DNA of 14,461 nt from positions 10,496 to 24,956 of the forward strand of contig CAXTKV010000057.1 in NCBI GenBank assembly GCA_964244895.1. Reading direction: 5' to 3'. Both the position numbers and the translations under genes were made by a program. This document shows, in pieces, positions 8,728 through 14,461 of this stretch (positions are counted from its first letter, which is position 1; the number at the start of each line of letters is the position of its first letter). Source of the stretch: an uncultured Deinococcales bacterium. GTDB lineage: Bacteria; Deinococcota; Deinococci; Deinococcales; JAAFIG01. The notes beneath the pieces were generated by a model, which had not been told where the DNA came from, did not search any database, and worked only from the letters and a program-made list of their open reading frames with translations.

Positions 8728-9785
8728 TTCAGCCCGTCCCGACCGTGGTTTTCGAGAACGACACCGTGAGCTTGCTCGATCAGACCTTGCTGCCGCTCGA
8801 GCGCAAAATGATCGAGATTCCGGACGCCGAAAGTATGTGGGAAGCCATTCAGGTTTTGCGGGTGCGCGGCGCTCCGGCCATCGGCGTGGCGGCGGGGTTC
8901 GGGCTGTGGCTGGGCGTCAAGGGCGTGCCGGATGACGCACCTCGAGAAACCTTCCTGGCGAGGCTCGAGGAGGTTCGGGCGTACCTGGCGACCTCGCGCC
9001 CGACCGCCGTGAACCTGTTCTGGGCGCTGGATCGGGTGGTCGCCGGGACTCGAGCATCGGTTGGAACGGTCGCAGGAGAACTCAAGAAGACCGTCCTGCA
9101 CGAAGCGCTGGCCATTAAAGCCAGTGAGGAAGCCACGTCGCTCGCCATCGGAAAGTACGGCGTGCCGCTCCTGAACGGTGTTCAGAACGTGCTAACGCAC
9201 TGCAACGCGGGTTCGCTTGCCACGACGGGCATCGGTACGGCGCTCGCCCCGATTTACGCGGCGGCGGCGCAGGGGCAGATCGTGCACGTCTACGCCGACG
9301 AGACGCGCCCGTTGCTGCAAGGCTCCCGACTGACCGCCTGGGAATTGCAGCAGGCCGGGCTGCCCGTGACGGTCATCACCGACAACATGGCGGCGACCGT
9401 CATGCGCGACAAGAACATCGGCGCGGTCATCGTCGGATGCGACCGCGTGGCGGCCAACGGGGACTTTGCCAACAAGATCGGCACCTACGGCGTGGCCATA
9501 CTGGCTCGAGAACACGGCATTCCTTTTTACGTGGCCGCACCGTTCAGCACGATCGATTTCGGCACGCCGGACGGGTCGCGGATCGAGATCGAGCAGCGCA
9601 GCGCGTCGGAAGTCACGAGTTTCGGCTCGAGGCGCACCGCGCCGGATGGCGTGGACGCGTTCAACCCGGCGTTCGACGTGACCCCCGCGAAGTACGTCAC
9701 GGCCTTCATCACCGACAGGGGCGTCATTGAGGCCCCGTACACGGAAAATCTGGCGCGGGCTCGAGAGGCGTTCGAGGTCGGCTGA
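8724..9785 (+). CDS. mtnA: S-methyl-5-thioribose-1-phosphate (5-deoxyribose-1-phosphate) isomerase
   Basis: LLDQTLLP, VRGAPAIG, RPTAVNL, THCNAGSLAT, DETRPLLQGSRLTAWEL, ANKIGTY and NPAFDVTP; ATGA overlap with the mtnK stop. Confidence 0.96.
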   Translation: MIQPVPTVVFENDTVSLLDQTLLPLERKMIEIPDAESMWEAIQVLRVRGAPAIGVAAGFGLWLGVKGVPDDAPRETFLARLEEVRAYLATSRPTAVNLFWALDRVVAGTRASVGTVAGELKKTVLHEALAIKASEEATSLAIGKYGVPLLNGVQNVLTHCNAGSLATTGIGTALAPIYAAAAQGQIVHVYADETRPLLQGSRLTAWELQQAGLPVTVITDNMAATVMRDKNIGAVIVGCDRVAANGDFANKIGTYGVAILAREHGIPFYVAAPFSTIDFGTPDGSRIEIEQRSASEVTSFGSRRTAPDGVDAFNPAFDVTPAKYVTAFITDRGVIEAPYTENLARAREAFEVG

Positions 9786-9797
9786 ACTCGAGCAGAA

Positions 9798-9851
9798 CGA
9801 GAACACCGTCCAGCACGCGAATACAAAACACCGTCCTGGACGGTGTTCTCG
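9798..9851. repeat. Paired palindromic element, copy 6 (25-bp spacing)
   Basis: 20-bp arms CGAGAACACCGTCCAGCACG and CGTCCTGGACGGTGTTCTCG with one mismatch; the second unit is the perfect palindrome AACACCGTCC-T-GGACGGTGTT (9827-9847). Confidence 0.92.
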
Positions 9852-9864
9852 GAAAGGTGAGCGA

Positions 9865-11850
9865 ATGGAAAGCCTCTGGGACGACGCACAAGCAGCCAAA
9901 TGCACGACGGAACTCGAGCTGCGGGCGTACACGTCCAGGTTGCTGGGCGCTCGAGAAGACCTGGTGCTGGCGGGCGGTGGCAACACGTCGGTCAAGCTGA
10001 GCATGACGGACGTGTTCGGACAGGATCTCGCGGGCATGTGGGTCAAGGGCAGCGGCGGCGCGCTGGTCAGCATCACCCAAAAAGGTTTCGCACCCGTCAG
10101 GTTGGATCATCTGCTGGCGCTCTCGAACCTCGAGAAGCTGTCCGACGCGGACATGATGCGCGAGTACAGCTTGAGCCTGCTCGACCCGGACGCGCCCTTC
10201 CCGAGCGTCGAGGCGATCCTGCACGCGCTCCTGCCGCACACGTGGGTGGATCACACGCACGCCGACGCCCTAGAAACCATCATGGACACGCCCTCCGGCG
10301 AGGCTCGCGTGCGCGAACTGTACGGCGAGACCGTCGTGTACGTGCCCTACGTCATGCCGGGATTCGATCTGGCGCTGGCCTGCAAAAAGGCCTACGCGGA
10401 GCAGGCGTCGCATAAAACCATCGGCATGGTGCTGCTGCACCACGGCATTTTCTCGTGGGGCGAGACCGCGCGGGAATCCTACGAACGCATGATCGATCTG
10501 GTCACGCGAGCTGAGCAGTACCTCGAGGTGCGTGGCGCGTGGCATCTCGAAATCCAGAAGCCCGAGGCGGCGAAACCGCTCGGTGCCGACATCGCGCGGC
10601 TCCGGCACGAGATATCCAGCGTCGCGGGCGCACCGATGATCGTGCAACGGTTGGAGGACGATCTGAGCATCGCCTTCTCGAGACGAGCCGATATTTCAGA
10701 CGTGGCGACGCGCGGCCCCGCAACCGTGGATCACGTCTCCTGGACGAAACACCAGCCGTTGATCGGGCGAGACGTTCGGGCCTACGCCGACGCCTACCGC
10801 GCGTATTTCGAGCGCCACGCATCCACGGCCCGCACCGGTTCGACCCTGGCCGAATTGAGCATGATCGACCCTGCGCCGAGGGTCGTGATCGACGCGCGGC
10901 TGGGCGTGCTGACGGCGGGACGCACCGTGCCCGACGCGCGCACGACGGGCAAGATTTACGCGCAGACCATCCAGATGATCGAGCGCGCCGAACGACTGGA
11001 ATCGTGGAACACGCTGCCCGAAGGACAATTCTTCGAGATCGAATACTGGGAATTGCAGCAGGCCAAATTCAAGAAAGGCCCGAAGCTCCCGGACTTTTCC
11101 GGCGAGGTGATGCTGGTCACGGGCGCGGCCTCCGGCATCGGCAGGGCGTGCGCGGAAGCGTTTCTGGCTCGAGGCGCCGCCGTCGTCGGGCTCGACCTGA
11201 ACGCCAGCATCACGACCACGTTTGAGCGACCCGAGTACCTGGGCATCCAGTGCGACGTGACCGACGAGAACGCGATTCAGTCCGCGCTCGAGCGAACCGC
11301 GCAACGCTACGGCGGGCTGGACATGCTGGTGCTGAACGCCGGAATTTTCCCCTCGAGCGAGATGATTTCTTCGCTCGACCTCGAGCGTTGGCAGCGCGTC
11401 ATGCGCGTCAACCTGGACGCCAACCTGAGCCTGATGCGAGAAGCGCACGGGTTGCTGAAGCTCGCGCCGAACGGCGGGCGAGTCGTGGTGATCGCGTCTA
11501 AGAACGTGCCCGCACCGGGGCCTGGAGCGGCGGCCTACAGCGCATCCAAGGCCGCACTGACCCAACTGGCTCGGGTTGCCGCACTGGAATGGGGCGCGGA
11601 CGGGATTCGCGTCAACGTGCTGCACCCGAACGCCGTGTTCGACACGGGCATCTGGACGGAAGACGTGATTTCAAAACGCGCCGAGAGCTACAAGCTGAGC
11701 GTCGAGGAATACAAGAAGAACAACGTGCTGCACACGGAAGTCTCGAGCGCGAACGTCGCGGAATTGGCAGCGGTGATGTGCGGGATGGCGTTTGCGAAGA
11801 CGACGGGGGCGCAACTCCCGATTGACGGCGGGAACGACAGGGTCATTTAG
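9865..11850 (+). CDS. Bifunctional class II aldolase / short-chain dehydrogenase (RhaD-SDR, RhaEW-like fusion)
   Basis: N-terminal GGGNTSVK, WVKGSG, PSVEAILH, VDHTHAD and HHGIFSWG; linker EYWELQQAK; C-terminal SDR motifs TGAASGIG, NAG and YSASK. Start taken as ATG 9865 after GAAAGGTGA because the ORF-track extension crosses the mtnA end and a repeat. Confidence 0.9.
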   Translation: MESLWDDAQAAKCTTELELRAYTSRLLGAREDLVLAGGGNTSVKLSMTDVFGQDLAGMWVKGSGGALVSITQKGFAPVRLDHLLALSNLEKLSDADMMREYSLSLLDPDAPFPSVEAILHALLPHTWVDHTHADALETIMDTPSGEARVRELYGETVVYVPYVMPGFDLALACKKAYAEQASHKTIGMVLLHHGIFSWGETARESYERMIDLVTRAEQYLEVRGAWHLEIQKPEAAKPLGADIARLRHEISSVAGAPMIVQRLEDDLSIAFSRRADISDVATRGPATVDHVSWTKHQPLIGRDVRAYADAYRAYFERHASTARTGSTLAELSMIDPAPRVVIDARLGVLTAGRTVPDARTTGKIYAQTIQMIERAERLESWNTLPEGQFFEIEYWELQQAKFKKGPKLPDFSGEVMLVTGAASGIGRACAEAFLARGAAVVGLDLNASITTTFERPEYLGIQCDVTDENAIQSALERTAQRYGGLDMLVLNAGIFPSSEMISSLDLERWQRVMRVNLDANLSLMREAHGLLKLAPNGGRVVVIASKNVPAPGPGAAAYSASKAALTQLARVAALEWGADGIRVNVLHPNAVFDTGIWTEDVISKRAESYKLSVEEYKKNNVLHTEVSSANVAELAAVMCGMAFAKTTGAQLPIDGGNDRVI

Positions 11851-11851
11851 T

Positions 11852-11900
11852 ACCGTCCAGCACACGTTCTCAAATCCGTGTCCTGGACGGTGCTCTCGAG
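11852..11900. repeat. Paired palindromic element, copy 7 (25-bp spacing)
   Basis: ACCGTCCAGCACACG (11852-11866) with CGTGTCCTGGACGGT (11877-11891), followed by GCTCTCGAG. Confidence 0.9.
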
Positions 11901-11940
11901 CTTGACCCGTCGGATCAAATCGTCTGGATCGCAGGCCGCG

Positions 11941-11946
11941 TAGAAT
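11941..11946 (+). promoter_or_regulatory. Leaderless -10 promoter element for kynU
   Basis: TAGAAT lies exactly 6 nt before ATG 11953, with no Shine-Dalgarno sequence. Confidence 0.65.
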
Positions 11947-11952
11947 CACGCC

Positions 11953-13188
11953 ATGATCTCGAAAGAAGATATTCTGGCGCTCGACCAGTCCGATCCGCTC
12001 GCAGGTGTCCGCGATGAATTCAGCGTGCCGGACGGACTGGTGTACCTGGACGGGAACTCGTTGGGCGTGCTGCCCAAGCGCGTTCCTTCACGCCTCGAGC
12101 GAGCGATCAGGCAGGAATGGGGCACCGACCTGATCCGGTCGTGGAACAAAAACGATTGGATCGGTTTGCCCGCGCGGGTCGGCGCACAGATTGCGCGGCT
12201 AATCGGTGCAAACGCAGATGAGGTGATCGCGGCGGATTCGACCAGCGTGAACCTGTTCAAAATCCTGCTGGCCGCGCTGAAATTGCGCCCCGACCGGCGC
12301 GTGATCGTCAGCGACATCGATAATTTCCCAACCGATCTGTACATGGCGCAGGGCGTGAACGCGCTCTTGGATGATCGGCTCGAGTTGCGGTTCGTCAAAC
12401 GAGATCAGCTGATGACTGCGATGGACTCGAGTGTGGCGGTCGTGATGCTGACGCAAGTCGATTACCGCACGGGCGAGTTGCTGGACATGAAGGGCATCAC
12501 GGACGCGGCGCACGCGAACGGCGCGTTGATGATCTGGGATCTGGCGCACAGCGCGGGCGCGTTCCCGGTGCACCTGAACGCGTGCGACGTGGATTTCGCG
12601 GTTGGGTGCGGTTACAAGTACCTGAACGGCGGCCCCGGCGCTCCTGCGTTCTTGTTCGTTGCGCATGAACACCAAACCCAGGCCGTGCCGGTGCTGTCGG
12701 GCTGGATGGGGCACAAGAACCCGTTCGAGTTCACGCCGTGGTACGCGCCCGCAGAGGGTGTCGGGCGGTTAACGGCGGGCACGCCGAGCGTGCTGGGACT
12801 GACCGCGCTCGAGGCGGCGCTCGAGGTCTTCGATGGGATCGACATGAACCTGGTGCGCCAGAAATCGCTCGGGTTGACGGGCGCGTTCATCGCGTTGATG
12901 GAACCGTTGCGCCAGGAATTTGGGTTCGAGTTGGTGACGCCAAAGGATGGCGCGCTGCGCGGTTCGCAGGTCAGTTACGCGCACGATCAGGGCTACGCGA
13001 TCATGCAGGCATTGATCGCGGACGGTGTGATCGGTGATTTTCGTGCGCCGAACATCGTGCGCTTCGGGTTCACACCGTTGTACACGCGTTACGCGGATGT
13101 TCAGGAGGCTGTGGATCGGTTAGCGCGGGTGATGCGAGAAAAACGTTGGAATCTCGAGCAGTACAGGGAACGCGCCGCCGTGACCTGA
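11953..13188 (+). CDS. kynU: Kynureninase (PLP-dependent)
   Basis: YLDGNSLG, DSTSVNLFK, NFPTDLY, WDLAHSAGA, GCGYKYLNGGPGAP (PLP lysine), RGSQVS and GVIGDFR. Confidence 0.95.
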   Translation: MISKEDILALDQSDPLAGVRDEFSVPDGLVYLDGNSLGVLPKRVPSRLERAIRQEWGTDLIRSWNKNDWIGLPARVGAQIARLIGANADEVIAADSTSVNLFKILLAALKLRPDRRVIVSDIDNFPTDLYMAQGVNALLDDRLELRFVKRDQLMTAMDSSVAVVMLTQVDYRTGELLDMKGITDAAHANGALMIWDLAHSAGAFPVHLNACDVDFAVGCGYKYLNGGPGAPAFLFVAHEHQTQAVPVLSGWMGHKNPFEFTPWYAPAEGVGRLTAGTPSVLGLTALEAALEVFDGIDMNLVRQKSLGLTGAFIALMEPLRQEFGFELVTPKDGALRGSQVSYAHDQGYAIMQALIADGVIGDFRAPNIVRFGFTPLYTRYADVQEAVDRLARVMREKRWNLEQYRERAAVT

Positions 13189-13230
13189 ATGAAAGTAGGC
13201 GTCTCGAGGATTGGCTTTGTCGAGATTCGC

Positions 13231-13650
13231 TTATTGATCCAGCACCTTCGACCAGATCGCTGGGCTGGCCGGGTTGGCGCTGGCGGTGATTTTCAGGATC
13301 GTGTGGGCGTCGGGGTACTCGAGCAGACGCGTGAATTCGTGAGGTGCCATGACGCATTCCTTGAAGTTGATCGCGCCTTTGGCGGAAAGTCCTTCCAGCA
13401 AATCCTCGAGCGCTCGCTTGCCGCTCGCGCCGTAGCGCGGGCCGAAGGCGTCCTCGGAGAGCGCGATGCGTTCGCCGCTTTTGATCAGCACGGCGTAACG
13501 GGCGGTATCGCGGCGATCCTGCCAGTCGGAAAGGATCGTGACGATGGCGTGTTTCAGGTCGAAGCCCTTGACGGCGGATTGCAGCGCCGACAGGGTTTCG
13601 AGCGGTGAGCCTTGCAGGCCGATGGGGTCGAGGTTTGGGGCTTCGGTCAT
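13231..13650 (-). CDS. Conserved hypothetical protein, probably DUF3197-like (Deinococcus-Thermus)
   Basis: Clean 139-aa ORF with its own leaderless -10. DPIGLQGSPLETL, SDWQD.R..ARYA and AFGPRYG..G..AL resemble DUF3197 proteins as recalled; not verified by search. Confidence 0.7.
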   Translation of the reverse strand: MTEAPNLDPIGLQGSPLETLSALQSAVKGFDLKHAIVTILSDWQDRRDTARYAVLIKSGERIALSEDAFGPRYGASGKRALEDLLEGLSAKGAINFKECVMAPHEFTRLLEYPDAHTILKITASANPASPAIWSKVLDQ

Positions 13651-13656
13651 GGCTCG

Positions 13657-13662
13657 AGCCTA
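13657..13662 (-). promoter_or_regulatory. Leaderless -10 promoter element for the 13231..13650 gene
   Basis: The minus strand reads TAGGCT-CGAGCC-ATG, a TANNNT hexamer 6 nt before the start codon. Confidence 0.55.
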
Positions 13663-13697
13663 CGGCGTCCGGCGCAGCTGTGGCAAGAGCGTGACGG

Positions 13698-13750
13698 GAA
13701 GACCGTCCAGCACGCGAATTCTTTGATCTCGAGAGCACCGTCTGGGACGC
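13698..13750. repeat. Paired palindromic element, copy 8 (35-bp spacing)
   Basis: AAGACCGTCCAGCACGCGAATT (13699-13720) is identical over 22 bp to 123-144; the second unit is CTCGAGAGCACCGTCTGGGACGC. Confidence 0.88.
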
Positions 13751-13782
13751 TCTACTGGAAATGATTCAGGTTTGAGGGCGGG

Positions 13783-14460
13783 TCATTTGAAAATCAGCGC
13801 GCCGCCAGCCCGTCCCGCGAACATCGGCACGATGGTCGAGCGGGAGATATCCGCGCTGAAAGCGATGTCGGTTTCCAGGCCGACCGCGATGATCAATTCA
13901 GCCGCCCTGGACATCCGCAGAGGTTCCAAGGGGTCGGCGATCTGGCGGCGCACGGTCAACGCCACGCGAGCGCCATCGTCCAGATCCCAGTCGCCCATGG
14001 CGGACAGGTATTCGGCCAGCACGCCCGCCGTGTAGACATCGTCCAGCCCGACCCGTCCGTCCGATCCGGCGCACAGAATGGCGACTTCCTCGCTCGAGAC
14101 CTCTCGGGCTTTGCGGGCGGCGGCGTGGGCGTTTCTGAGGCACGCCAGGATCACATTCTGGCCGGATGCGCAGGCGGTCTCGGCGGCTCGCGTGCCGTTG
14201 GTGGTGCTCATCACGACCGTCTGGGCGTCGTAGCGACGATCCAGGGCCTGCACGGGGGAATTGCCCAGGTCGAAATCCTCTGGCGGCAAGCAGTTGCGTT
14301 CGCCCGCCAGCACGATGCCCTCGGCGCGGAATGCCCGAGCCGTCTCGAGGTCGGGGGTCAGGTACAGCGCGTCAGCACCATTTTCCAGGAACGATAAGGC
14401 CGTGGTCGTGGCGCGCAGCACGTCGATCGGGGTGCGCCCGTCGAGCAGCTGGCCGCTGAC
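13783..14460 (-). CDS. comB: 2-phosphosulfolactate phosphatase family protein (5' end outside the window)
   Basis: IDVLRATTT, LAGER, FDLGNSP, STTNGT, ILCAG and LDD...AG motifs; the frame stays open to the window edge. Confidence 0.88.
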   Translation of the reverse strand, partial: VSGQLLDGRTPIDVLRATTTALSFLENGADALYLTPDLETARAFRAEGIVLAGERNCLPPEDFDLGNSPVQALDRRYDAQTVVMSTTNGTRAAETACASGQNVILACLRNAHAAARKAREVSSEEVAILCAGSDGRVGLDDVYTAGVLAEYLSAMGDWDLDDGARVALTVRRQIADPLEPLRMSRAAELIIAVGLETDIAFSADISRSTIVPMFAGRAGGALIFK

Positions 14461-14461
14461 C

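Noticed and set aside
13189..13230. Bidirectional terminator between the convergent kynU and DUF3197-like genes
   Set aside because: Only a weak 6-7 bp stem built on TCGAG, with no U-tracts.
119..13750. Dispersed repeat as a CRISPR array
   Set aside because: The copies are separated by whole genes, occur mostly as pairs and are degenerate; there is no repeat-spacer array and no cas gene.
274..14459. Many long overlapping alternative-frame and antisense ORFs (e.g. 875..1939+, 2256..3383+, 3241..4503-, 7297..8574-, 10696..11625-, 13189..13608+)
   Set aside because: These are shadow ORFs of high-GC genes. They overlap well-supported CDSs, show no family motifs and are often Arg/Pro-rich.

Overview
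High-GC bacterial window, probably Deinococcota (inferred from leaderless TANNNT-N6-ATG promoters and a DUF3197-like gene beside comB). The core is an apparent catabolic locus. On the + strand are a CUT2 sugar ABC importer (permease, LsrB-like binding protein, ATPase, permease), mtnK, mtnA and a fused class II aldolase/short-chain dehydrogenase. A dhaK-dhaL pair is transcribed divergently, and a LacI-type operator lies in the shared intergenic region. The locus resembles an importer-linked variant of the DHAP shunt for 5-deoxy- or 5-methylthio-pentoses rather than methionine salvage. kynU, a DUF3197-like gene and a partial comB follow. Two non-coding signals overlie the genes. First, a palindromic motif (consensus CTCGAGAAsACCGTCC-W-GGACGGTsTTCTCGAG) occurs in 8 of 10 intergenic gaps, mostly as pairs spaced 25 or 35 bp centre to centre, with single copies also inside coding sequence. 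Second, CTCGAG is strongly over-represented (about 70 copies by manual count).
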